From contig CAJINV010000016.1 of assembly GCA_905178155.1 (NCBI GenBank), positions 434,001-498,000 of the forward strand: DNA of 64,000 nt, read 5' to 3'. The notes under the pieces were generated by a model, which was not told the origin of the DNA, made no database searches, and saw only the letters and a program-made list of their open reading frames with translations. The stretch comes from Amoebophrya sp. A120. Taxonomy: Eukaryota > Protista > Dinoflagellata. Below, piece after piece: positions 49,201 through 62,600 of the stretch. The translations under genes were made by a program, and so were the position numbers. How positions within the stretch are numbered: position 1 is the stretch's first letter; the number at the start of each line of letters is the position of its first letter.

Positions 49201-52200
49201 CGCGGCAGATTGCGCCACGAATGAAAAAGCCGCTGGATAATTCTCGAACTTAAATCCCTCGACACCCGTTCCCGCTTCGTATCCGAATTCAATCAGAAAC
49301 TGCGGCACCACTCTCGCGGTCTCCGTGATTCGCAACAATGCACTATCCCCTGTCGACAACCGGTACGTGTTCCTCGCGCCCACCCCGCTGGTCGTTTTTG
49401 GGGAGAGTTCACTCGGCTCCGCCTCATAAACGTCCTCAAACACGTTAGAGAAGGTCTCGCTGTAAGTCGACGGAGAGTCCTGGCGGAGCCAAGTGGTCGT
49501 GGTCGGGGATGCATTTAATGCTGTCGTTTGAAAGCTGATCCTCTCGCAGAATTTCTGCGCGTTGGACTTCTCTGTTGGTGCACCACTTATGTGATGTTTC
49601 AGATCATTCACAGGAAGAACTACACCGTGCCCCTCCACTGGCTGATCCAGAACAACTCCCGTGGTACAACCAGCAACGATTTCGTTTTCACTCACGGCGT
49701 CACTGATCCCGCTGATCGCTGAGTCTTGTGTCTGTTCCCTGGGCGAGCCATTTTGCCCACTGCTGGTCCCAATGTCGCTTGGGATCACCGGAACTTCGAG
49801 AGACACCAACGGTGGTGCACCAGCGGCCGCGGCTGTGGAAAGAAGTACCGGACTGCTGGCCGTATGATGTGCTGCAGCAAGTGGCGAATTCGGTTTGCTC
49901 TCCAATGATTTCATCTCCTGCGGTTGCAGAGCGGCCAACGAGTCGCGTTTTTTCGCAATGGACACCCGTCTCTTCTCTTGCAGCTTCTCGTTTTGTGCAA
50001 TCACCATGTCTTTGCCGAATTCGATACTGCAAACCAGCACTTGCCCGTCCGGGAAGAGCAACGGCCCGACCTCAGACACGTCCTGCTTGATCACGGTTGA
50101 TTGAGCTGCTGTTGTAGAGGACGCAGCTGAGCTTGGGGAGGATCCAACAACATTATCCGTGTTGACAAGAAATTCCGTCCTATACCGTTTCAAAATCTTG
50201 AGCAACTCGCACCCGAGAAATTCCGGCTTGGTCAAAAAACTTTTCAACCTCGCTCGCTCCACGGTCTGGATGTCGGTGGTCAAGACGACGAAGTGGTCGT
50301 GTAACAGGTTGTGATCAACACAACTTTCGCTTTGCAGATCTGTCTCCTCGTCGTTAGAAGTCTGTATTTTTGATGCAGGTGAGCCGGCAGCAGAACTAGT
50401 ACAACCCGCAGCAGCCGTGCTTGAAGCGAGAAACTTCGCGATTGAGTGTTCGTTCCGGGGGACGAAAAAGAGATACTCTTGGGTCGTGGATGATTTGCCG
50501 TTCGTTCCATCTTTTTTGCTAGACGTGCTTGCAACCGCACCGCCTGCCCCACCAGCACCAACGGCCAAACTGCTATCGACGCCAAATTCCTCCTTGCATC
50601 TCGCCTCTTTAAATCTGTGCAAGATTTTCGTGACGGCTTTTATCCGCACTTTTTCGACGCCGAACTCGCTTAACTCCTCGAGTTTGAATTTCCTGGCAAA
50701 CAGTTCCACGGCAGCTAAGGCCCAAATTGGGTGAGAGCTCGTCAATTTGTGGACGTCGGTTGGGGTGACAGCGTGCTGTAATGTGTTTGATGTTGACTCG
50801 GCTTGTTCTTGAGTGGAAAGATCGGCCGTCTTGGAGGTTTTTGAGTCTCCTGTCGTAGAAGTAGAAGTGTCAACCTCTGGCTGTTTGTTCATCCCAGTAC
50901 CGGAGCTGAATTTAATACTCTGCTTCTCTTTCTCGTCTCGTTTGCTAAACGCGACCCGAGGTGATCCCAGCGAGGAGCCCTGTTGCTGTCCCGGCTCTTT
51001 CAAATTCTTCTTGGAAGAGGTAGTAGATGCGGAATTGGTTCCAGTATTTGTTTTCGGAACAGAAATCTTCAGCTCTAATGACGGCAAAGCGATCCCTTTG
51101 GACCCGTTTTTGTCTACATAAAACCCCCCGGCGCAATTGTACGGGGTGTCACGGAAAGTAGACCCGGCGTTTTTTGTCATGCTGGTGCCGTTAGATGATG
51201 ACGCAGAAGAGGACCTCCACGCGCTCCCGACAAAAACCGGAAACTCGTACCTCTCAAACAGCACATTCCCGGCGGCTTCCTCTTCGAGAGAAGAAAACGC
51301 TTTCAGTATCCTATGTAAAAACGTCCCAAGCCCAGAGTTGTCATGCAAATCTGCACGGTAAAAATGCTTCTCATGCGGAGCCCCATGAGAGGCATTTTTT
51401 AGTTGTGTTTGGCAATTTGTCATGCTCCAATCGGAGTGATGTGCTACATCTGTGATGCTTCTCAACTAGCTAAACAGGATTACACTATGGGACCGGATTT
51501 GTCATGCAGAACTCCCAAAACTTTGGGATTTGTGTTGCAGACTTCTCATCTTGACTATGGTGTGGGGATGTTTTTACACAGGATATTCAGCTGTTGCAGC
51601 AAGGGCTCGATCGTCGTTTCTCGGAACCTCGGAAAAATCGTGGAGACTATCGCTTGGAAATCCTTCTTCCGATTGTGGATGCATTTTTCCAAAACAGTTT
51701 CCGCGAAGTGGATATCCGTCAGCTCCTGGTCATGTGCTTTCATGATACCAGCATCAGAACCAATTTTATTCCGTGAACTGCCCGCGTTATTTCGGGGAGA
51801 AGGTGACGAAGAGCTTGGACCACTTGCAGATGACGATGGTAACTTTTTCGAATCTTCGCTCAGCGCATTTGATATTGGCTTCTTCTCCGCGATAATTCCC
51901 TTTTTGTAAACCTGCAACCGCAACAGTGCCTTTTCCAGCGTTTCGATCCGTTTCCCAAAAATCTCTTTCCACTTCACCTCCAGCTCCGCCTTCAAAAAAT
52001 CCTCGCAAATTTCCGTCGCTAGCCTGTCGAAAAATTTTCGTTTTCCGTGAAAGTAGATCTGCTTGTTAAAGAAGAGCGAGTTGGCCTTTTGGAAATCAAA
52101 ACCATCAACTTCAAAACCGTCGAGCGTTTCCAGTTTCTGCTTGCTATTATGCAGTATGAAGTTCTGATAGTTTTCCATCCGAACAAGTTCGCACCGACCG

Positions 52201-54424
52201 TAATCCGCATCGGAAAATTGGAGCTCACGGAGGGTACTAGAAGAAGAGGAGGATGAGCTATGCTGTTTGTTCGGCTGTTGTTGAAGATGCTGCAGCAGTC
52301 CGGACGGTGTAGAATTTCTTGTGTCGGCGAAACAAGCGAAATTGCCTGCGTCGTCAGAAGTAGATGCGCTGCCATTTATTTTCCCACCGAATGATCCGAA
52401 CAAGTCTTGTTTTATCGCTAGGAAATCCAACACTAGAGGGTTTCCAGACAAATTCAGTTTCTCCAAATTCCCGTTGGAAAAGGAACAACAGTGCTTCCGC
52501 AGTGGTCCTAGATCGTGGAGCAGCGGGTTCAAAGCGACGTTGAGATTTCGCAGATTCGGGAGAACATTCTTCAACTCCAGCCCACGCAAACTCGTCAGCT
52601 TGTTTTCCGAGAGGTTCAGTAGTTTCAATTTTGAGGAAAACTTCCTGATGTTCTTGTGATGGGACGATGATGAAGTCGCCGCGCCGGCTGCGTTCTCTAG
52701 TAGTGTTGCGACTGGCTTCAGATTCGCATAGTTTCGAATGAAAATCACGGTCGACGGCTTGTTGCTATGAAAACCTTGATGTTGTTCCCCACCCGGGTCG
52801 TCTTTTTTCTTCACTAGAACCTTATTCGGATTGTTCGAAGGCTCGTCCTCATCATTGTCGTTGTTTGATTCATTTTGGTCAAAGTCATCTGCGTTGTCAG
52901 GCCGGCTGGAGGATTTTGATTTGGACGACGAAGCGGAAGAACTGACGTGATTCTCGTTGCTAGCATCTTGATCCGCATCTTCGTGGTCGGCCCCACTACT
53001 GCTCCCGTGGTCGTGCTTATCCGAAGAACTTGTTTTCTTTCCCCCTCTAGCTCCTCTCGCTGTCACCGTACTAGCGCTGCTCTTCATGCTATTCCCTTTT
53101 TCCTCTTTCTCTTTCAGCAAAGTCGGCAACATATTGTTCCCCTCCTGCAGCTCTGTTACTTCCAGTTCATAGCTCCTCTCCGCTAACAGGAAATCCGCTA
53201 ATTCCTGGTCTGATCCGAAAAACTGGTGCACGAATTGGTCTAAAAACTGAAACGCGTTCTCGACGCTTTCCAGCAGGTTGCAGCTCAAATTCAGCTATTA
53301 CAGTGAAAAATGCCCCCAACCCCAAAGTTGCAATAATTTGTGACGCTAAAGCGACCGAAACCACTACACAACCTGTAAGGGCACCTTACCGCAATAATTT
53401 GTGATGCGAACTTTCCAAATGAAAACTTTTTGTCATGCATGGAAGGAATATGAATCTTTGTGATGCAGAGTCTAGGCGTATATAGCATTGCTGGCATGAC
53501 AAGCGCCGCTCTTGCTGGGATCTTTTGCAATACAAATTTGCGCTATAATTCACGATTGGAAATCTGTGATGCTGCTAGATGCAAGAAGGCAAATGCTTCT
53601 CTTCGAAAGGTTTGCAATACAAATGCTCGCAAGTTCGGGGGTGGGGGCATTTTTCATTGTAATATCAGCTCCTCGAGGTTTTCGCTCAGGGTGAGGAATT
53701 CGTCGGGAAGGCGGTCGATCCGATTTTCGGACAGATTTAAGCGCTTGAGGTGGGGAAGAGGGGTGTAGAGGGGTTTCACGTTTGTCGTAGTTGATGTAGT
53801 AGCTGGTAGGGACGCTGAAGCAGACGCTGGCGCTGGTCCCGCCCCCGACGTTTTCTGTTCAGTACTATCCTGCTGCTGCTCCGAGGCGAGCGCCGCATTC
53901 TTGGAGTAAAGCCATGGCTGCGGCAGGTCAGCGGGAAGACCTGATTTGCATTTTTGGCAAAAAAAATTGCAAGTAATTCCACAAAATCGAAGGGATATGC
54001 TAGAGTCACTTCTTCATCAACAACATCATTCTAGTCGCGATTTTTACGCTTCATATTTCTTTTTCTTGTCATGGGAGCCAAACATGATAAGTATAAAAAC
54101 CCTACCAGAATCCACCCGCGTCTTTTTCTCCTCAAACACACTCCCCGCGTAGTCGAATAGCATCTGCAAGTGCTCCACCCCAATGTCCTGGTTGATGAGC
54201 GATAAATCGACGAGGAAGTAGCCCAGGTACGGGGCGGACTTCCAGAACAGCAAGTTGCTGGCGATGTCGCCGAGGACCAGTTCCAGTTTCTTGATCGTTT
54301 GCGGTTTGTTGTACACATGGTCCTCGTTGATCCCGAGCGCCTGGGAGCAGAGGTACCGAAACGGGCTGTTCACGTCCAGGTTCTTGGCCCGGTCGGCCTT
54401 CGAAGACTTGGTCGCGGAGGGCAT
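40271..54424 (-). CDS. LRRC9: very large leucine-rich-repeat protein, LRRC9-like (about 4200 aa after splicing)
   Basis: Exons joined across GT-AG intron 53941-54105 and four IEs. Multiple SDS22-type LRR clusters with caps (LSGNPL, YRPYVIFHL, YRATLLTRFPNLRILD). Segments LRELQFSDADYG...NYQNFILH...NKQIYF, EAAGNVLFE and FGVEKVRIKAVTKI resemble LRRC9; recognised from memory, not by search. Confidence 0.7.
43713..43968. mobile_element. introner element, family A (inverse of the 62241 subfamily)
   Basis: TIRs; repeat CCAGC/CCAGC; restores the LRR LQRLDAKNNKISDL. Confidence 0.9.
44647..44910. mobile_element. introner element, family A (inverse of the 28493/31933 subfamily)
   Basis: TIRs; repeat AAATG/AAATA; frame restored. 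Confidence 0.88.
51307..51585. mobile_element. introner element, family D
   Basis: TIRs; repeat TTCAG/TTCAG; restores LQQLKAFSS. Confidence 0.9.
53296..53664. mobile_element. introner element, family C
   Basis: TIR TATTACA(G/A)TGAAAAATGCCCCCA; repeat TCAGC/TCAGC; restores the LRR LEELNLSCNLLES. Confidence 0.9.
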
Positions 54425-54559
54425 GGTAATATTAGCGGTGAGAATTATGCGAGGACGCTCTCTCAGCGGTCTGATTTCTTCTTTCTGGATGCACGGAGAA
54501 ACGCGAACGCCTTCGCTTTCTCTCCCAATCCCTCGCTCACTGAATCAGATCATCGAGAA

Positions 54560-56000
54560 CAATGAACAAGGTGGGGAAAAAGAATGAGCATCAAATTGCT
54601 CTTTGCGGGCGAAGAAACACATCGATCATCCATGGGAAAGTCAATCTGGTCGCAGATGCAAAACCGGCACCACGCAAACCAACGCGCGTGGCGCTCGCCT
54701 CGCGTCGCTGCAAAAAGGCCCGGGACCTCGGGGGCCCGCGCCGAAAATACAGAGCACCCCGCCGGCCCCGACACCACAAAGGCCAGGCGCGCTGGCTTTC
54801 TACATACTGCCACGCGCAAACTAGCCCCCTGCCTGTCTGCCGAGAGTGCGGCAGCTGCTTCGTTGCGGGCGGGGGCACAAAAAACCCGGCCCGTCCGAAG
54901 GGATACGGGGGCACCTGCTGCCAAGCCGGCCGGTGTTTGTTAGGCGAGGCGAGCGGCCCAAGCAACCCCCCCGGGGGGGCGGGTGCGGTGGGCCTAGGCC
55001 GGCCGTGGCTGGCTTGGCTGGCTTGGCGGGCGCGCGGGCGCGCGCGGCGGCCTTTCCGGCGCACGCGCACGCCGGGCCTGCTGCGGGTAGGTTTGCGGGT
55101 TTGTTGAAACGAGCCAACGCTCCAGCTTTCGAAGCGGAAGAAGGAAGGTGGGTCGCCGAGGGGCCGGCCACCCGCGCGCCGCGCTTTTTTCGTTCTCGTG
55201 TTTTTGCTCTTTTTGCTATTCCGCATCGAGCCGGCAGGGCTTTCTATCTAGCCGCACCCAAAGCGGGCCGATGTGGCCGGCAGACGGTTCCCGGGCCGCC
55301 GCCCTGCGTGCCGCGGTGGCTGCGCCGTGATGATGTCGCCCCGCACCGTACCCCCCTGCCCTGACGCCGCGCATTGCCGTTTGCGATACCGCGGCCAGAG
55401 GAACCTGGCCAGGGGCAAAGTGGCACCGCTCCGACGCGGCAGTCCTTTCCGCGTTCTCCTGCTGCGACGCCTTCTCTTGCTGCTCCGCCTACAGTCCGCT
55501 GACCTCGTGGCGCCGCCAGCTTCGCAGCCAATGGCTTCTGCGCCTCATTGTCGAGGGCCTCACCTTCGGCAGTCTTGCGCTGGAGAGTGGTGCCTTCGGC
55601 CCATTTTCATTTTCGTTAAACTTCCGGAAAAGCCCTCGGGCGCTTCTTTCTCGGCTGGCTTCGCGTCAGGCCCGGCCGCACTTCGCAATGATTGGGCGGC
55701 GCCGGCGCCCTCACTTATCCGGCCGAGCGGCATGGCGCCCGGGCTCACATTGAGCGGCGCCGCACAACTCCGCCCGCCTGCGTCTTTTCTATCGCAACCC
55801 GCCGCGACCGCCGACCAGGCCTAGTGGGGCCCCTCGGGGATATCCCGGCACGCGACAGGGCCCAGGGCCGATCTCGGCCGGCAGACCCGCGGGCCGGCTT
55901 GTAACTGCTGCAAAACGAGTCGACTCCGCCCGCGTTTTCGACAAGGGTCGCCAGCCGCCCGGCACCCGCTTGGCACGCCGTTCCAACCGAGAGACACCAG
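54560..56000. other. GC-rich non-coding island upstream of the LRRC9-like gene
   Basis: Abrupt rise in GC/CpG with short A/T tracts; only R/A/G/P-rich spurious ORFs. Confidence 0.5.
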
Positions 56001-56667
56001 CCTACCTCCTCACACACAAACCCACGGCAAAGACCATCAACAGAAACGAAGGGAGGGCGATGGCCTCCAAGTGCTACTCACATATCAGACCAGAACACTT
56101 ACTCCAAGACCGCCCAGCTCAGTCTCGTTGTCATCGCGAGGTCTTTCCATGAGGGAAGCCTCGTCGAGATTCAATTTGATCAGCACCAAACCAGGATCGC
56201 TTCTTGTCTTCAGCGTGCGCCGTGGCCACAATTGGCCCGCGACGTTCGAATATTGCATTTCAGAGTTGTCTCGATAAGGTTAATATCTTCACGGTACTTC
56301 TCATCGTCCGTCTGTTCTCAAGCACATTTAGGATAAGGTTGTAAAACTTGTTGTTCGTTGTTGTAAATCAGGATAAGGTTGTTCTCTTCGGGTTCGCATT
56401 TCAAATCTCGACGTCGAGCCAGATTTTAGTTTGTTTCGCTTTCAAACGATATAAACGTAGTCTCGGTGAAATAATTGTACATCTCCACCCTCAAACAATG
56501 GAGTCAAAAAAGCTTTACAGAGTGGCTAAATTGTACAGAAGCGGAAAGTGAAACTCATTCTCACTCTCAACAATAGCATATTGGCATTTGGAGTATACTT
56601 CAATCAATATTCAAGTCCAAACACGAAGACTCTCTCAGCTGTCTTTTCCGCGCAACCACCTCTATTT

Positions 56668-59600
56668 CTACTTCTCCCTCGTTTTACTCCCGCCGAGCAA
56701 ATCCGACAGGCTGTCCGTTGTCGTTCGTCCGATGTCCTTCCGCCTCGGACTCAGGATCGTAAACTCGTCCGGCGGCACCGCCCGCCCCGCGTCCGAATTC
56801 TTCGTCTGGATCAAATGCAAGTTTTCCCCGCCGAGGAATATCCTGGAGACGTCCACTTTCTCCATGCTGTTCTTCGGCAATTCCTTGCGGCTCCGGCTCG
56901 GCGTCGAGCTGGTGTTTGTGGTCTGCATCATCTGCTGCTGCACTACGTTTTGCGCAATGGAAGTTGGTCTGGTGTGCACCCGTGACCCCGGCGTGGAGGA
57001 CATTTGCGGAACTCCTGCGGAAAATTTGGAGGAATTGGTCCCCGCGGAAAGCAACTGCCTCCCGGAAGTAGGATGGGACCCCATCATGATCCCGCCAGTA
57101 GAGCCCATCGGCACGATGGGCGCGTGCCCGAGGAAGTTGTTTGCGGTGTTTGGGGTAGTTGATGAAAAGTTATTATTGCCGTTCATCATCATGCCATGCG
57201 GTGCTCCATGAGACATAGATGGACCACCACTTCCGCCGTACTGGTTCATTTTCACCGGCGTTCCGGTCGACCTCCCGCGGTGGCTCAGCGCGTGTCCGGA
57301 CATCACGGGCTCGGAGTTCGTCCTTGGTAAATTCCCCCCGACAACTCCCGGCAGCAGCGGCTTCCGCAGCATCGCCCCGATCGGGCCGACGCGCGTTTTC
57401 TCCGTGACAGTGTGTTCTTTCTGGAATAAATCGATCTTGCTTTCCACCAGTTTGTCGTGGCACTGCGCCGGAATCTCTTTCAGAAAGGGCACGTGGTCGA
57501 AGGGGGTGCCCTCCCTTGCCGCATCGACAGTCGCCCGGACCATCATTTCCACGGAGTTTTTGTCCGTGTCGCCGGACTTCGATTTGCCGGTTGATTGGGA
57601 CAGCTGGTTCTTGAACTCCGCCAGGGGGTCGGTGCTGCACTCTAGCCGGATCGGCTCCCAGAGGTCCATATCCTGTGCAAAAGTATCGCACTCGTAGTAA
57701 TTGCAACCATGCATTACAAATCTTGCTCTTAAGGTAAATCTACATTTACAAATTTTCTCTCTCATGCTGAGGAAATTTGTAATGCATTTATACGAGTACG
57801 ATACTTTTGCAATACATAGTCTATCATGTTGGTGAGCATCTCCGGGCCGGCTTCGGTCCGCCACTTCGGCCTCTTTTTCCTCTGCGCCGCGGGGGATTGG
57901 GCATCCGTGGCGGCTTCGGACGGGCCGCCCGGGCTGCTGTCAGCGCCGGGGGAGGTTTGGCCTTGGGAATCATCGCCGGGGGAATCTGGATTGGATTTCG
58001 AGTTGATGATGTTGGATTTATCATGGATGGCTGCAAGTGCAGACAAGTCAAAAAATCAACATTGACATTCTCATTCTGATTCTGCATCACTCAGGAACGA
58101 AAAGACTTCAACTACTTGCTTCAATACCGTATGCATACATATCCTCATCGGCTTCGCTCGCATACGGGCTTGGACTACTCCCCCTTGAGCTCGGCCGGTC
58201 CTCCTTCTTCTTTTTTCTTTCCGCTTTCCCCACGAGAAGCTTCGCCGCGTTCATCAAGTAGCACCTTAGCCTCGTTTCCTGCAGCTCTTTATGGATTGCA
58301 AAAGTGTCTGGGTCTGGAAGATTTCTAGATTATTTGTCATGCATATTTTCCATGACCGACGATGTCTGTGATGCATGCTGTAGCATCACAGAGTTTCAGA
58401 GCGCTCTGTGATACCTCTACCGCATGAGAAACGCCCTCTCCGCGTCGCACAAACTGGAGTCCTCTTGCTGGTCATGCAATACAAATTTTTTCAGAATCCA
58501 GAGACAGCATTACAAGTTTAGAATGTTCCAGACCCAGACATTTTTGCATTTGATACTCTTCCACGACTTGCTTCGGCGTTTTCTTGATCCTTTGCTGCTT
58601 CTTCTCCGCCATGATAGCTGTATTTTTACGCAATATGAAGATATGAAGTACGGTCGGAGTAACAAGCATGTGTCATGCATAGAATATGAATCCATGGACT
58701 TGTCTCTTCATACATATTCGTCATGCGGTGAAGATGAAAAACAAAAATCACAACCAAACATACCTTGCACACTGTTTTTCTTCGCGCTAACCCGCTGGAA
58801 TTCCTTGCTTGGCACGTCGATTTTGCATTGCACAAAATGGATTCTGCATTCCTGCAGACGCGGATTGCACAAAATCGATTTTGCATTGCACAAAACCGAA
58901 TCCCGCAAAATCGATTTTGCATTGCACAAAATCGATCTTGCATTGCACAAAATCGATTTTGCACTGCACAAAATCGACCCCCGCGCCAGCCGAGACCCTG
59001 TTCCTGGCGCCTCTACGGAGCTCAGAACACGCAGACGGGGCCCATGCCGCTCCCGCGGCTTTTCAGAACTTGGGCCCGGATGTAAGTCACAAGCTCGGGC
59101 GTTTTTCATTGGTTTCTACGCTGGGCCAACGCGATGAATGTGCGGAACTTCATCGGGGCGCAAGTTCTGGAATTCGCGATCATCCCTAAGCCTGTAGCTT
59201 GCGAGCGAAACATCGATCCAAGGCGGGCAGAGGCCCGTCCTCTGCGACTTCGCCCCACGCAATCAATTTTGCAGCTTTTGCCGGGTTTTCCGGCTTTTGT
59301 GTTGGAGGTAAAATCGATTTTGCGACCACGCGCGGATTGTGTGGCCCCGCCCGAGGATCGATAGGGCATCTTCGAAAAGCGTGCCCGAAGGGTGCGCACA
59401 AAATCGAGTCTGTCCGCGGGTACTCACAAAATCGATTTTGTGAGCACCGCCCGCCGGGCGGAACATGACAACCCGGCGCCCCCAACCCGGCTGCGGGAAT
59501 CTTTCTGGCATCCCGGACGCTCCAGGGTGGGGCCTAACGCCTCAGGACACCGGCAAAAACTGCCGCGAGACCGAGTTGGCGCATTCTCGAGCTTCGAGAA

Positions 59601-62600
59601 CGCGGGCAACCGACTTCGTTTCGCGCTACTTTGCTTCGCTTGTGGACGTTAGCAGCCGCGGCACAAAGTCGATTTTTTGCGGCGTGCCTGGATTTTTTGC
59701 GGATTTTTTTCCGATTTTCTTAACATTTTTGAAGTCGGTCCAAATCAGTACTAACACATACCTTGCACACTGTTTTTCTTCGCACTAATATCCAAGAAAA
59801 AAACGTTGTTAGTGTAAATTTGTGATGCGCAACATGCAAGATGATTGCGTCTGTCATGCTTGGCATGCATCATAGGGCCCATTCAGTGGCGTTTTCCCGT
59901 GCTATCTGCGCATGACAGGTTTTTGCTTTCATGCGAGAGATATTTGTCATGCTAATCCTCCAAGAAAGTTACACCTACAAGGTTTTTTTCTTGGATAACT
60001 AACCCGCTGGAATTCCTTGCTTGGCACGTCGATTTTCGCAAAGGCGAATTCAAACACGCCCGAGAAAATTCGCAGCCCGTATTTCTCGGTGAGCCAGCCG
60101 TTAAGTTTATCTATCGTCTCCTCCATCAACTCTTCCCTCTCGTTGTTTTTCATGTAAAAATGCGTTTCCGGTATTTCCCCCAAGTGCTCCAGTGGCTCGT
60201 GCTTCTTCTTCGGCCCGGTGTGCATCTCCGGGGGCGGGGCTCCGGCGGCCGCGGGCGCTGCGGCGGGGGCCGCCTCGGCGGCCTTCGGGGAGCCGTGCGG
60301 CTGCTGGTGTTGACTTTTCGTGGGGGTGGAGGGTGCGTCCGCGTGTTTTGCCGCGGCTCCACCGGGGGTTTTGATTGCCGGGGGTGGGGACTGGGTGGAG
60401 GCACGCTGGTGTGTTGGTGTGTTTGGGAAGTAGTCCTCACGGAGTCGTTGTCAACATGAGCGTGTAAGAATGCAATTGCAAAGTCATGTTGAAGATAGAG
60501 GACAAACAAGAACCACTCTCGCAGAATATTCATGGATTATGACCTCCAGAAGATGATCTTCTTTCCTACTTAGCATAAAAAGACGAAAAAAAAATCTAAT
60601 ATACCTCCTTGCTACTCCCCGCATGATTTTGATTCCCAGCACCAGCCGTCGAGCTTTTCGACCCTCCGTGCTGTTCGCTGCCCATTATCTTCACTGATTT
60701 CTCCTTCGACCCCGGGGATTCCGGGCTTGACTCCAGCACCGGTTTTGCCTTTCTTTTCCCCTTCTTCCCGTACCGTTCTGGAGACAAGGATCGCTGCAAC
60801 GCCCGAATTCTCGTAGCTTCTTCTTCGTGGAAATAAATCTTTCCGTCGTCGTACTGCTCGGCGACGACGACGTGGGCCTCCGGGAAGAAGCCCTTCATGA
60901 GCTCTAAGTCAGGCGACAAGTGCGGTGACGTTAAAGGGTCGTACGGTGGTGGTGTTTGGAGCAGCGGTGAGTGATGTCCAGCACCTCCGTGTTTGTCCTT
61001 GGACGGGCTGGCGTGCTCTTTTGAGGATTATCCTGTGTAAAAACGTCCCCACACCATAGCTGTCATGCAAATCTGCATGCCAAAAAAATTTCTCATGCGG
61101 AGCCCCATGAGAAGCATTTTCTAGTCGTGTTTTAGAATTTCTCATGCTATAATCAGCATGATGTGGTAGATCTGTGATGCTGCTGAACTACCTACTTAAA
61201 TACGATTACAATACGAAGCCAGTTTTGTCATGCGAAACAACCAAAGCTGGCTGATTTGTATAGCAGATTTCCCATTTTGACTCTGGTGTGAGGACGTTTC
61301 TACATAGGATACGGATCCGTGTTTGTTCTCGTCGTGCTTGTCTTTATCTGCAGCTTTGTCTTTGTTTTGTTCCCCAGCTCCTGCGGCACCCTTTTCTGGG
61401 CTTTTGTCACCCGCGGCTTTGTCCTTCGATTTCTGCTTTTTTTCCTTCTTCGCCGCAGCCGCAGCTGGAGGTTCTTCCTCCTCATCTTGCTGTTTTGCTT
61501 TGTCAAAGGGCAGTGGAACTGGGCGTTTTGGACCTGATATGAATTTTTTTCGCATTGATTTGTATCCCGTGAATTGCATCGAAAGCACTGATTGTCATGC
61601 ATACATCCTTTATCAAAAATTCAACAACAGCAACTTGTAAATTGAAAATATACTCAACGGCCTCGCCGGTACCGGGTCGTAGACGACCTTATCCTTTTTC
61701 GGACTTCTCGCCCGCATTTTCGTTTTCAGCGCGATCAGCTTCTCATTGTAGTTGTACGTCACAAACTGCAGCGACTGCGGCGTCTGGTGCATCCCGGCGA
61801 AGGGTAAAATCTGTACTGCTTGGATGTCCAAAAACTCCTGCCGGTTCGGCTTCCGCAAGACGCAGAACATCCTTACTTCCCGATCTGACCACAGGCGCAC
61901 GGTTCCGTCCTTGTACTGTATTCTAAGCTATCAACTGCAAATACGTCTGTGTCTGGAAGATTTGTCATGTACATTTTGTATGATCCATGATGCCTGTAAT
62001 GCATGATCTAGCATCACAGATTTTTAGACGGCTTCCTAATGCCTACTCCGCATGAGAAATGCCCTCTCCCCGTAACACAAACTGGACTCCTGTTGCTGGC
62101 CATGCATATACAGATTTTTTTGGAATCCAACGGCAGCATTACAAGTTGCAACCTTCCAGACCCAGAAATATTTGCAATGCATATCAGCATCTCCATCGAC
62201 TCGTCATACGGGTTCACGGCCGTCGAGACCGCGTGCGGGCTATGAAATGCAAATATGCCTGGGTCTGGAAGGTTGGAACTTGTAGTGCTAGCTTTGCATA
62301 CCCAGGAAATCTGTATTGCATAACCAACAAAAGTCGCAGCCTCTTTTGTACATGCAAAGCCGCAGCTTCTCATGCGGGTTTCCTATGAGAAAGCGTTCTG
62401 AAAAGTTGTCATGCTGTGTTGCATTCGCAACTGTTGCAATCATCCACATTTTAGCATCACAAGTTTCCGCACCCAGACATATTTGCATTTGATACGGGCC
62501 CGGTTGCTGCGCCCCGGGCGGTGCTTTCAACTCCAGATTCATCTGTCGCGGTACGATCCCGCGCTTATTGGTATACGCGTGCTTGATGAACTGTTTTTGC

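Noticed and set aside
40284-53186. Numerous plus-strand ORFs over the LRR gene (similarly over XPD and UPF1)
   Set aside because: Antisense shadows of long minus-strand coding regions.
56668-58612. Separate gene starting at ATG 58612
   Set aside because: An in-frame acceptor at 58618 links it to the upstream exon (VQ-AIMAEKK), so it is treated as one gene.
58424-59189. ORFs with LHKIDFA / QNRFCIA repeats
   Set aside because: Translation of the 21-bp intronic tandem repeat.
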